From Nitrospirota bacterium (GTDB taxonomy: Bacteria > Nitrospirota > UBA9217), in the NCBI GenBank assembly GCA_029858565.1, contig JAOUEV010000001.1:107420-171419 (forward strand): 64,000 bases of DNA, read 5' to 3'. Every line of letters starts with the position of its first letter. The first letter of the stretch is position 1. A program made the position numbers and the translations under genes. Shown here in pieces: positions 55,162-64,000 of this stretch. The notes beneath the pieces are model-generated. The model had not been told where the DNA came from. It searched no databases and saw only the letters and a list, made by a program, of their open reading frames with translations.

Positions 55162-55707
55162 CTAGTCCGCAGAAAGGGCGGCGATGTAGGGCAGGTTCCG
55201 GTATTTCTCGGCAAAGTCCATTCCGTATCCCACCACGAACCGGTCGGGTATCTCGAAGCCCACATAGTCCAGTTGCACATCAATGGTCCTGCGGGTGCGT
55301 TTGTCGAGCAGCACAGCGGTCCTGATGCTCGCGGGGCGACGCTTCCGATAATGTTTCTGTAAATAAGCCAGGGTCCTGCCGCTGTCCACGATCGTGTCCA
55401 CGATCAGCACATGCTTATCCATGATATCGATGTCGATAGCCCGGGATATCGCGACGTCCCCGGAAGAGGTCGTTGCGGTTCCGTAGCTTGCCGCGTTCAC
55501 AAAGGCGAGGCGGGAATGAATGGTAAGCGACCTCGCCAGGTCCGCCGCGAAGATCGCCGCGGCTTTGAGCACGCATAGCACGATGATCTCCTTGCCCAGG
55601 TAGTCCCGTGATATCCGGCCTGCAAGGTCGGCGACCTTCTCCTGAATAACTCCCTCATCGTACAGCGGTTCCAGGTCTTCGTACACGAGGCCTCCGGTGC
55701 CGTTCAT
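55162..55707 (-). CDS. hpt: hypoxanthine phosphoribosyltransferase
   Basis: PRPP-binding motif VLIVDTIVDSGRT; start set at MNGTGG (ORF-track start at 55773 is a TTG extension). Confidence 0.85.
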   Translation of the reverse strand: MNGTGGLVYEDLEPLYDEGVIQEKVADLAGRISRDYLGKEIIVLCVLKAAAIFAADLARSLTIHSRLAFVNAASYGTATTSSGDVAISRAIDIDIMDKHVLIVDTIVDSGRTLAYLQKHYRKRRPASIRTAVLLDKRTRRTIDVQLDYVGFEIPDRFVVGYGMDFAEKYRNLPYIAALSAD

Positions 55708-56052
55708 GCTTTTGGCTTCTTTGCCAAGAATACCCCCTGTTGATAATCTTGTAAAGAGAGAAGGTGATAGCAATGAAGAACAAGATGTCGCTGGTCATCT
55801 CGAAGCAGACTTGCGTTGTAAATTGCTCCAATGGTGCGTGTTCAATGATCTGATCGTTCTGGTATTTTGCCATGGACAGCAAGTCGTGAGAACGGAACGG
55901 GCTGCGCGCATCCGCGAGAGAGCGCTGGAACACTCGGGTCACCAAATAAAATAGGATTGGCAAAATAATGTAGACATTCGGCATCTAAAGGGCTATAGTG
56001 TTGCCATGTGATCGGATAGCTTATTTGTCGATTCGCATAGGGAGGCATCACC

Positions 56053-56628
56053 ATGGCAACGAAAAGGTTTTTGGTTCTAGTTCTGGTATGTGTTGCAGCA
56101 GTAGCGATAGGTGGCTGTGGTTCGAGCAGTACCTCGTCCGGACCGCAGGCATATACTCAGGACACGCTTGATTCTGATACTGTGTGGGCAGTCAATACCG
56201 GAATGGTAAGCATCTATAACAACAACCTCGCTGGCAAGCCTACGGGGTCGCAAAATATGCCTAATAAAAACTGCGCACTTGGCGGGACAGTATCAATCAC
56301 AGGCACCACGACATATGATTCGATTCATGGGATCACAACAGTTGACCTGACCTATGCACTTTCGAATTGCAGGTTTACCAGCGCAAGCGGATCGCTCTCG
56401 GTCACACTCACAATGAACGGCACCATGACGCACAGCGGATTTTTCAGCTCCAGCAGCAAGGATGAGATCTTTTCATCTAACGGAGCAAATGTGAGCATTG
56501 TAGGAACTGCTGAGAGGACGGGCTATATTGATGGGACGATCAACGAGAATTGCACTTATTATGCTCAGTCAAAGACCAGTTCTGTGACCGGGTCGATCTG
56601 CGGCAGGGATGTTTCCTGGACCTATTAG
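56053..56628 (+). CDS. lipoprotein of unknown function (Ser/Thr/Gly-rich), low-GC (about 47%)
   Basis: signal peptide with lipobox AIGG-C; AGGGAGG SD; composition differs from flanks. Confidence 0.55.
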   Translation: MATKRFLVLVLVCVAAVAIGGCGSSSTSSGPQAYTQDTLDSDTVWAVNTGMVSIYNNNLAGKPTGSQNMPNKNCALGGTVSITGTTTYDSIHGITTVDLTYALSNCRFTSASGSLSVTLTMNGTMTHSGFFSSSSKDEIFSSNGANVSIVGTAERTGYIDGTINENCTYYAQSKTSSVTGSICGRDVSWTY

Positions 56629-56656
56629 ACTGCTACGTAAAATTACATGTTTGGAG

Positions 56657-56690
56657 AAGCCGCCGAAATCCTGTTCGGCGGCTTTTTAAT
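56657..56690. terminator. bidirectional hairpin AAGCCGCCGAA-ATCCTG-TTCGGCGGCTT plus TTTTAATTT between convergent lipoprotein and pseudopilin genes
   Basis: 11-bp stem; T-tract on + strand; overlaps stop of the minus-strand pseudopilin ORF. Confidence 0.55.
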
Positions 56691-57402
56691 TTGCCGCGGG
56701 AGCGGCTGCCGGTCGGGGAAGGACCGCACCTGGTTGCTGCTGCGGTGCAGTATACACGAACTTCCACTCGTTGTACTTGGTCTTTCCCTCGAATTCCCTG
56801 TTCTCGTCCGGGAAGTCCGCCTGCTTGAACGGTTCCTTGTCACTTGAACTGTATACGCCGATGAGCCTGTTCCCCTTGGTCTGATCGCGCAGCAGCTCGA
56901 AATCCTCGCCGGTGATGGGGTCCTTGTACTTCTGCCGGAGATGGCGTTTTCCCCGTGCCGTACGCCCGTCGCTCAGCAGGTCATCGATGTTCCGAGGATA
57001 CTCGAGCCTGCCCGGGATGGCCGTAGTGTAACGCTCGATGGCCAACCGGTACTGGTTGCCCCGGAACAGCAGTTCCTCCTCTTTTTCCCTTGCCATGACC
57101 GCCTGCCAGTACTTTCCCGCCGCGCCCATTGAGATGCCGATGATGACAATTGCCGCAAGCAGCGCGATGTAGGTGAAACCGGAAGAAGTGCGGAGTGCGG
57201 AGTGCGGAGTGCGGAATAAGAAACGGCGGATCTGGTGAGGAACATCCGGCCGGGGGATGTGGTGTTGATTTTTCTCCTCGTCGCAGGTGACGAAGCGAAG
57301 GGTCACGTGCTCCGGCGCGTCATTCACTTCGCACTTCGCACTCCGCACTCCGCACTGCGTCTTCATTCCATCTTCCTCTGGCTTACAAAGGCGCCATCGC
57401 AT
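56686..57402 (-). CDS. GspG/PulG-like type II secretion pseudopilin (prepilin-type N-terminal domain); true start uncertain
   Basis: G-FTYIALLAAIVIIGI hydrophobic prepilin helix (Ala instead of Glu at +5), GspG-like globular region (RGNQYRLAIERYT, DPITGEDFELL); ORF 5' 220 nt consists of heptamer-repeat sequence and overlaps the upstream gene by 40 nt. Confidence 0.55.
   Translation of the reverse strand: MRWRLCKPEEDGMKTQCGVRSAKCEVNDAPEHVTLRFVTCDEEKNQHHIPRPDVPHQIRRFLFRTPHSALRTSSGFTYIALLAAIVIIGISMGAAGKYWQAVMAREKEEELLFRGNQYRLAIERYTTAIPGRLEYPRNIDDLLSDGRTARGKRHLRQKYKDPITGEDFELLRDQTKGNRLIGVYSSSDKEPFKQADFPDENREFEGKTKYNEWKFVYTAPQQQPGAVLPRPAAAPAAN
57188..57359. repeat. inverted pair of heptamer-repeat blocks ((GTGCGGA)x4 at 57188..57217 and its complement (CACTTCG/CACTCCG)x4 at 57325..57359) separated by about 107 nt
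   Basis: read directly; arms are reverse-complementary; lies within the 5' extension of the pseudopilin ORF. Confidence 0.75.
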
Positions 57403-60400
57403 TTATACTGCACATCAACAGTGTTCTTTCGGTCCCCTGCTCCGGAACCCTGAAGCAGGTAGAGGATCCGCTGGGGCTGCTGGTCAACGGTGAGATCAAA
57501 GACCACGGCCCCGTTCCTGACAGCGCTGTTCCTGTTCGCCCAGAGAAGCTTCACGTCTTTGGGGAGAGGCACCGATATCCGCGCAGCGACCTGACCCGCG
57601 GCGGCGGCAACGGACAGATGGCCAGGGATGACCGTCCCACTCTCATCCGGCCGGGGGACCGAAGTGAAAATGACCGCGCGCACCAGAAGGCTGTAAGGCG
57701 TTGACGTTCCGGCGGCCAGCGCGGAACGGATAAGGGAGAAGGGCATGACAATGAGCTTTCCGGCGCCTTCGGTAGCCGCGAGGACCGCGGGCTGATCGTT
57801 GGAGTAGACCGCGACGGCCCTGCCTTCTTTCCGCGAAGGGATAAAGGCCGGCTTGCCGAAGGGGAGGGTCCCGTTCAGGCCGAGGGGGGAATCGCCGGGG
57901 AAGGTTATGTATGCGGCATCGGCCGCAGTCGCGTACTGGAACCCGAACTGTTCGGCAAGGGAGCGGGAACGGTCATTGGAGCCGGACAGGACCACGACAT
58001 GGCCGCGGCCGAGAACCGTGCGGAGCGTTTCCAGCGTGTCGAGGGTGCTGTCGATGTCGATCAGCAGGTACATGGTATAAAGTCCGGTCAAAGCCTCGCG
58101 GGAAAACGCTTCCGCCGAAGTGACGGTCTTGAGGTAAATGCCCTCCTGGGCAAAGGCTTCGCGGAGCAGCTTTTCGGAAAGAGCGCGTTCGATCGACGTG
58201 TCGCTCTCTCCGCCGGTCCAGACAAGGAGCCGCGGAAGTGGCGCTGCTATCGGCGTCACCACGACCGGTCCCCGCACGACCAGAGGCCGCTCGTCGAGGA
58301 GGACGTCGCCGCTGGTGCCCGGTTTATTCCCGATCACCGACGCCCGCAGGGAAATGGCATAGTCCCCTCCGGGAAAGTCCACGCGGGCGATCTGATGGGT
58401 CTGTTCGCCCATGACCAGAGGCAGCTGAATGGCATGGACCCGCTGGCCGATCCCCGCGGTCCGGATCTCGAGTTTGACCGAGCCGCCGGTGAAGGGAATG
58501 GTTCCGCTATTGCGGACAGCATAGCGCACCAGGAGCGGCTGGCATGGAGATGCCACGGGGTCGGTTCCGGCGAGCGAACCTTTGACCGAAAGTGTCGGTC
58601 TGATGACCAGTCCCACGGAATCCGCCGAAAGGACCGTGCCGCTCACTTCGGTCCGCGCGTCGACCAGGTAGACGCCCTCCTGCAGCGCTCCAGAAGCCAG
58701 AGACCGGTCGAACTGCCGCATGCCGCCCGATTCGAAGGCCACCACGGGAACAGACTCGGTGGAAACCGCTTTGCCCGACGGATCGCTGATATGGAGCGTA
58801 AGGTTCAGCAGGGGGATGGTCCGTGCCGTGAAGTTGGCGACCGCGACCTGGTAATTGATCTCGTCGTCTGCGGCAAAGGATTCCTGCCGGGGTATGACCT
58901 CCAGAAGAACATCGGGGATCTCGAGCGCCAGGGCGAACTGGTTGTTGCTTTTGTCGGTCTCCAGGACAGCATTCTCGCTGTCCACGGCGGCCGTGAGCGA
59001 ACGGGCACCCGCTTTTCCCGCGAGTTTCCAGGGTACAACAATGACATGCTGGCTTCCCGGTTCGAGCGGCGGGACCTCAAAGTGCGTGATGCGCTGTCCC
59101 CCTTTGCCCGGATCGCCTTCGTAGAGCGAGGCCCTGGCCTTGCCCGAAGGCACTTTGCCGCGGTTCGCGACGCCGACACCGATCTCCATGAAAGGCGCTT
59201 TTATCGCCGAGACCTGGATGGTCGCGATCAGGTCCGGAAGCCGGGCGCCGAAGGTGATTGCTGCTTCGCGGCTGTCTCCGGGTCCGCTGGAGGAAAGCGC
59301 GGCGCCGATGCGGTGCACGCCCTGGGTCATCCGGCCGGGGGTGAACGATATCTTTGCGATCCCGGGTTTCGGGAACTTCTCCCGCTGCACCCGCTTGCCG
59401 TCGACCAGGAGTTCCAGTGCCGCTCTGGTCCTGATGTAGGCTGTCGCGGACATGACGATAGGGCCGCGTGCCTCGTAATAGACCGGCCTGTCCGTTGAGA
59501 GCGCCAGGATCGCAGCCTCGCCTGCATCGATGAACAGCTGGCCGGAGGAAAGATCCCTCGGCTCATCAGGGAAACCGGGACCCTCGGGAAGAACCGCCGC
59601 GATATTATAGCGGAGGCGCCAGATACCGGCGCGGTCCATTGCCGCGGGGAGCGCAAGGGAAAGGTCATTGGGGCCGGAGGTCAGGTTGATCGACCTTGTC
59701 TGTTCAGCCCGCTGCCGGCCCGCGGGATCAATGAGCCGAAGCCGGATGACCGCCGGGAGCCCGGCGGAGGACTCGACGCGGAGGACGGCCTGTGCCTGCG
59801 GCCCTGCGCCTGCTTCCCAGCGGATGTCGGTGCACCGCGCCTCCGCGCCGATGATCGCGACAGAGAGCGTTCCCTCGCGGCGGCCGCCGGTCCGGGTGAG
59901 AAAAGCCCAGGACAGGGGGTACAAGCCCGAAGGAAGGCCTTCGGGGATAATGATCTCAAAGCTCCGGTTTGAGCTGATATGCTCGCTCATTTCCGTTCCC
60001 AGGGCGCTGAAGGAAAAGGCGCCGAGCCCCAATCCCGTTGCAGAGATCCGGGCCTTTTGTCCGGGCGCATACCAGGGACGGTCAAAGGAGACATTGCCGC
60101 CAGTCGCTGTTCCGGGATCCACGGCGCCCCTGGCCAGTGATCTGCCGCTGGCGTGGTAGACCGCGTACACGACCGGCGACGGGTCTGCGGCGCCGTCCAT
60201 ATCAAAGACAACCTCGGTCCGCTCTCCGGTCAACTGGAAATATCTTTCCTGCCCGGCTGCGCGTGCAATAAGGTCTGCGGCGGCTGTTGTTGCCCCCGTC
60301 CTTCTGATGTCCAGAAGAAGCCGGAGGCCGCCGCGCTGCGCGGTCACGGACGGCTGCACGGAGATGCCGAGGGGCGCTGCGGGGTAGGGTTTTGCCTGGG

Positions 60401-61565
60401 GAGGCACCGTGGACAGCGCTGCACGCGAGGTCACTGCGAACCATCCTTCCGATGACTCGCTCAAGGGGGAAAGGACCCGCTTCCCGTCGTGCAGGCGGTA
60501 CTGGAGATGATAGATCCCCGGTTCGGCGTCGCGGGGGAACGTGGCGGAATAGGACAGAAGCGCGGTCTGTCCCGCTGCAACGTTAAGGTGGAAGATGGCC
60601 TCATCGCGGCGTCTGTCCGGTGAAGGGCCGACGATCCGCACGCCGACGATCTCAGCAGTGCCGGCTTCAGGACCGCTTATCCTGAGGGTTGCGGCCACCG
60701 GTTCCCCGGGAACCGCGGTCCGCACCTTACCTCCCGCTTTTGCCCAGAGCACCAGATCGCGCACCAGTTCCTGCTCTTCAGCATGGAGCTGGCCACGGGC
60801 AGCGGAGTAATCGCTCATGAGCGTCGTGGCCGCGACCCATCCTTTTCCCAGGGGATAGACGATCAGGGTGGCGCGGCCGTCGGGACGGGCCAGCAGGACC
60901 TGCCCTTCTTCAGGGTAACCGGTCAGATAGCCGTCGGTCTCCAGCGCAGGCGATGTCCTTCGCTGCGATGCCAGTGCCGGGTGGGATGCACGGAGCAGCG
61001 ATGCCCTGAACAGCGATCCGCTGTCCTCGGCCCAGCCCACGCCGGTGATCCCGGTCGTAGCGTTTTCCGGGACCGGCAGGCTGGCGAAGTCCGCGCCGGT
61101 CTGCTGGGTGAAGCAGATCACCACGCCCCCGGAGCGAACATACTCGGCGAGACCCGCCTGAAAGTACCGTGATGCGCGCAGTCCTGCCAGGCCGCCCGAG
61201 GGAATGAGCAGGACCGGTTTGTGGGAGGCCAGTCCCGCGACGTCGCCGGGTTCCACGAACAGCAAGGATTCCCGGAACCCGGCCAGCATCCCGGGCCAGG
61301 GCGCGGAGAGCCCGTTCCGCAGAACAGCGATATCCGGGCCTGCCTTGATCTCCTCCGCAAGGGTCTGGTCGATAATGCCCTTGCGAAAGCCGGTCCGCAG
61401 GGACCACGAGGGCTCGGGTTCCGGCTGCTGAAGCGCGGGAGCGACGCCCATCCACGGTCCGCCGGGGTGGTCAGCGAGCGAAAGGGGGTCCTGGGCCGGA
61501 GCGGAAGAAGGCACTCCCGTCAGGAGCGAGACAAAGAGTATGACGATGATCGAGATGCGATTCAT
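57363..61565 (-). CDS. giant (about 1400 aa) secreted protein with signal peptide and multiple CARDB/Ig-like beta-sandwich repeats; function unknown
   Basis: signal peptide MNRISIIVILFVSLLTGVPSSAPAQD (start set at ATG 61565); CARDB-like segment ...EPGSQHVIVVPWKLAGKAGARSLTAAVDSENAVLETDKSNNQ...; Ala/Gly/Arg-rich, no catalytic motif recognised. Confidence 0.55.
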   Translation of the reverse strand: MNRISIIVILFVSLLTGVPSSAPAQDPLSLADHPGGPWMGVAPALQQPEPEPSWSLRTGFRKGIIDQTLAEEIKAGPDIAVLRNGLSAPWPGMLAGFRESLLFVEPGDVAGLASHKPVLLIPSGGLAGLRASRYFQAGLAEYVRSGGVVICFTQQTGADFASLPVPENATTGITGVGWAEDSGSLFRASLLRASHPALASQRRTSPALETDGYLTGYPEEGQVLLARPDGRATLIVYPLGKGWVAATTLMSDYSAARGQLHAEEQELVRDLVLWAKAGGKVRTAVPGEPVAATLRISGPEAGTAEIVGVRIVGPSPDRRRDEAIFHLNVAAGQTALLSYSATFPRDAEPGIYHLQYRLHDGKRVLSPLSESSEGWFAVTSRAALSTVPPQAKPYPAAPLGISVQPSVTAQRGGLRLLLDIRRTGATTAAADLIARAAGQERYFQLTGERTEVVFDMDGAADPSPVVYAVYHASGRSLARGAVDPGTATGGNVSFDRPWYAPGQKARISATGLGLGAFSFSALGTEMSEHISSNRSFEIIIPEGLPSGLYPLSWAFLTRTGGRREGTLSVAIIGAEARCTDIRWEAGAGPQAQAVLRVESSAGLPAVIRLRLIDPAGRQRAEQTRSINLTSGPNDLSLALPAAMDRAGIWRLRYNIAAVLPEGPGFPDEPRDLSSGQLFIDAGEAAILALSTDRPVYYEARGPIVMSATAYIRTRAALELLVDGKRVQREKFPKPGIAKISFTPGRMTQGVHRIGAALSSSGPGDSREAAITFGARLPDLIATIQVSAIKAPFMEIGVGVANRGKVPSGKARASLYEGDPGKGGQRITHFEVPPLEPGSQHVIVVPWKLAGKAGARSLTAAVDSENAVLETDKSNNQFALALEIPDVLLEVIPRQESFAADDEINYQVAVANFTARTIPLLNLTLHISDPSGKAVSTESVPVVAFESGGMRQFDRSLASGALQEGVYLVDARTEVSGTVLSADSVGLVIRPTLSVKGSLAGTDPVASPCQPLLVRYAVRNSGTIPFTGGSVKLEIRTAGIGQRVHAIQLPLVMGEQTHQIARVDFPGGDYAISLRASVIGNKPGTSGDVLLDERPLVVRGPVVVTPIAAPLPRLLVWTGGESDTSIERALSEKLLREAFAQEGIYLKTVTSAEAFSREALTGLYTMYLLIDIDSTLDTLETLRTVLGRGHVVVLSGSNDRSRSLAEQFGFQYATAADAAYITFPGDSPLGLNGTLPFGKPAFIPSRKEGRAVAVYSNDQPAVLAATEGAGKLIVMPFSLIRSALAAGTSTPYSLLVRAVIFTSVPRPDESGTVIPGHLSVAAAAGQVAARISVPLPKDVKLLWANRNSAVRNGAVVFDLTVDQQPQRILYLLQGSGAGDRKNTVDVQYKCDGAFVSQRKME

Positions 61566-61685
61566 AGGAATTATCAGGCCGTGAGATGGATGCCCTGAGA
61601 CGTGAAATGGCAGAGGTGAGACGCGATTTTCCGGACGACCCGGCGATTTTCTCCTCACGCCTGACGTCTTGCCTTTCCGGTGGCG

Positions 61686-63404
61686 CTACTCAATGAACGT
61701 GACCCGGTTGATCTCCTTGAGCGTGGTATCTCCGGCCAGGACCTTTGTGACGGCGGACTGGCGCAGGGTGGTCATGCCTTCGGCAATGGCGATCTTTCTG
61801 ATCTCCGAGGACGGCCGTTTCTCAAGGATCATCTCACGGATGCGGTCCGAGAGGTCGAGGAATTCGGTGATAGCTTTCCGTCCGCGGAAGCCCGTGTAGT
61901 TGCATTCTTTGCAGCCCGCGGCGTCGAAAAACTCATGGTCACGATAGCGTTCGAACTCCAGGGCCGAGTCTTCAAGGTCCTTCCGCGCCAGGGTTACCTT
62001 CTTTTTGCAGCGCGGACAGAGCATGCGGACCAGGCGCTGGGCCAGGATGCAGTTCAGCGCGGAAACGAAGTTGTACGGCTCGATGCCCATGTTCAGGAAG
62101 CGGCCGAGCACATCAAAGGCATTGTTCGCGTGGACCGTGGTGAACACGAGGTGGCCGGTCAGCGCCGACTGGACGGCGATCTGGGCGGTCTCGGCGTCGC
62201 GGATCTCGCCGACAAGGATCTTGTCCGGGTCGTGGCGCAGGATCGACCGGAGGCCGCGCGCAAAGGTGAGGCCCTTCTTCTCGTTCACCGGGATCTGGAC
62301 CACGCCGCGGAGCTGGTATTCAACCGGATCCTCGATGGTGATGATCTTGTCCTCGCCCGTGTTGATCTCCGTGAGCGCCGCGTAGAGCGTGGTCGTCTTG
62401 CCGCTGCCCGTGGGTCCGGTGACGAGCACCATGCCATAGGGTTCCCGAATGCTCTTCCGGAACCGCTTGAGATCGTTCTCATCGTGTCCCAGGCTTTCGA
62501 GCTTGAGGGTGCTCACGCCGGCGGTGATGGATTCCTTGTCCAGGATGCGGATCACGATGTCCTCGCCGAAGGACGAGGGCATGATCGAGACGCGGAAGTC
62601 GATCGTCTTGCCGGCGGTTCGGAGCTTGAACCGACCGTCCTGGGGCACGCGGCGTTCGGCGATGTCCAGATCGCTCATGACCTTGATGCGCGACACGATT
62701 GCGCTGTGATACGCCATGTCAATGGGCTCGGTCGCCGGGTAGAGGACGCCGTCGATGCGGTACTTGATGATGACGTTCTTGTCCGTGGCCTCGATATGGA
62801 TGTCGCTGGCCCTGCGCTGGATGGCGTCGAAGACCGTGGTATGGACCAGCTTGATGATGGGGCTCTCGTCCTTGTCGATGGTTTCGAGCGACAGGACCTC
62901 CTCGCCGTCCTCCTGCTCCTTCACGATCTGGAACTTGAAGTCCTCGGACATCTCGTGGAGCACCCGCTCCGACGTGCCGCTCCGTTTGAGCGTGTCATCG
63001 ATCGCCGACGGAGAGCTGACACACACCTCGATCTGGCGCTGGAGCAGCATCTCCAGTTCGTCGATGGCCGGGATATTGTTCGGGTCCGCCATGGTGATCA
63101 CCAGCGTCTCGCCCGAGTCCTCCAAGGGCACGAACTGGTAGCGCTGCATCACGTCCACGGAGATCAGCTCGTTGAACTTGGGATTGATGCGGAAATCCGT
63201 GAGGTCAACGTACCGGAGATCGCGCTGCTCGGCAAGGGACTGCGCGAGCATCTCCTCGGTGATCAGTCCTTCGGCAAGGAGGATCTCGCCGATGCGCTTC
63301 TGGCGGTTGTCCGACTTTGCCAGGGTCTCGTCGATGCGGGCGGCGCTGACGACCCCTTTTGCGGCGAGGATCTCGCCCAACCTTCTCCTGCGGAACGACG
63401 TCAT
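61686..63404 (-). CDS. pilB: type II secretion / type IV pilus assembly ATPase (GspE/PilB family) with N-terminal GSPII_E_N domain
   Basis: Walker A GPTGSGKTTT, Asp box, His box, tetracysteine CPRCKK...CKEC; 572 aa; ATGA overlap with upstream gspF/pilC. Confidence 0.9.
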   Translation of the reverse strand: MTSFRRRRLGEILAAKGVVSAARIDETLAKSDNRQKRIGEILLAEGLITEEMLAQSLAEQRDLRYVDLTDFRINPKFNELISVDVMQRYQFVPLEDSGETLVITMADPNNIPAIDELEMLLQRQIEVCVSSPSAIDDTLKRSGTSERVLHEMSEDFKFQIVKEQEDGEEVLSLETIDKDESPIIKLVHTTVFDAIQRRASDIHIEATDKNVIIKYRIDGVLYPATEPIDMAYHSAIVSRIKVMSDLDIAERRVPQDGRFKLRTAGKTIDFRVSIMPSSFGEDIVIRILDKESITAGVSTLKLESLGHDENDLKRFRKSIREPYGMVLVTGPTGSGKTTTLYAALTEINTGEDKIITIEDPVEYQLRGVVQIPVNEKKGLTFARGLRSILRHDPDKILVGEIRDAETAQIAVQSALTGHLVFTTVHANNAFDVLGRFLNMGIEPYNFVSALNCILAQRLVRMLCPRCKKKVTLARKDLEDSALEFERYRDHEFFDAAGCKECNYTGFRGRKAITEFLDLSDRIREMILEKRPSSEIRKIAIAEGMTTLRQSAVTKVLAGDTTLKEINRVTFIE

Positions 63405-64000
63405 TTTATTCTCGCCCCCATTTCGAAGATCGGCAGATAAAGAGCCACCACGATCACGGCGATCACGACGCCCATGGTAAGCATGAGCACCGGTTCGATC
63501 ATGGTCGTGAGCATGGTGAGGCGGCTCTCGACCTCCTGTTCATAGAAATCCGATACATCCTCGAGCATCTGCGGCAGGTCGCCTGACGATTCCCCCACCT
63601 CGATCATGCGCACGGTCATGTCCGGCGCCAGCCTGGTGCGCTCAAAGGAGTTGGCCAGGCCGACGCCCTCGGTCAGGAGCTGGCGTGACTCCCGCAGACG
63701 AAGCGCGATAACTCGGTTCGCCACCACGCCTGCCGTGGTGTCCAGCGCCTGGACCAGCGGAATGCCCCCCCGGAGCAGCGTGGCCAGGGTCCGCGTGAGC
63801 TGGGCAAGGATATACTGCATCAGGAGCGACCGCACGAGGGGAATGGCGAGGACAAGCCGGTCGACGGACATCCGTCCCTGATCCGTGCGGTACCACAGGC
63901 GAAGCCCGATGCCGCCGCCGACGATCAACAGCGCCAGGAAGGGCGCCAGAGCGGACAGCGTGTCAGCGAACCCGATCATCAGGGTGGTGAGGAACGGGAG
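63401..64000 (-). CDS. pilC: type II secretion system F / PilC platform protein, C-terminal part (N-terminus beyond window end)
   Basis: second T2SSF domain with 2 TM helices; ORF continues past 64000. Confidence 0.8.
   Translation of the reverse strand, partial: LPFLTTLMIGFADTLSALAPFLALLIVGGGIGLRLWYRTDQGRMSVDRLVLAIPLVRSLLMQYILAQLTRTLATLLRGGIPLVQALDTTAGVVANRVIALRLRESRQLLTEGVGLANSFERTRLAPDMTVRMIEVGESSGDLPQMLEDVSDFYEQEVESRLTMLTTMIEPVLMLTMGVVIAVIVVALYLPIFEMGARIK

Noticed and set aside
55655-55984. 109-aa minus-strand ORF overlapping the hpt start
   Set aside because: Overlaps the hpt N-terminus in another frame, no SD, low-complexity hydrophobic translation; not supportable.

Overview
This is a 64-kb, high-GC (about 60%) bacterial chromosomal window. 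It is gene-dense and mostly housekeeping. The gene content looks deltaproteobacterium-like: a tungstate ABC transporter, a partial nuoA-I operon, several c-di-GMP genes, and a recA/recX/alaS block. I support about 65 CDS and seven tRNAs in one cluster (Pro-TGG, Arg-TCT, His-GTG, Arg-CCG, Arg-TCG, Lys-CTT, Leu-TAG). I recognise no rRNA, CRISPR array, transposase or integrase. The most notable observations follow.

1. A low-GC GxxExxY-family gene sits between nuoG and nuoF, bracketed by perfect 22-bp inverted repeats. It looks like a mobile cassette.
2. A compact type II secretion / type IV pilus-like locus (gspF/pilC, gspE/pilB, a 1400-aa signal-peptide protein with CARDB-like repeats, a GspG-like pseudopilin) may be an undescribed secretion/adhesion module.
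3. A low-GC islet carries tandem ORF6N-domain paralogs plus a DUF4325 STAS-like gene. It sits next to a STAS-HATPase fusion gene, which suggests a partner-switching or mobile regulatory module.
4. Two genome-specific repeat families are present. One is heptamer (GCGGAWT/GCGGAGT) hairpins that fill every spacer of the tRNA cluster. The other is about 95-bp palindromic TCTCGCGCAAAGCCGCAAAG elements.
5. A co-directional block encodes an MscS channel with a cNMP-binding domain, an HD-domain dNTPase-like protein and a PAS-GGDEF protein.

Coordinates I derived by eye (tRNAs, repeats, hairpins) may be off by 1-2 nt.
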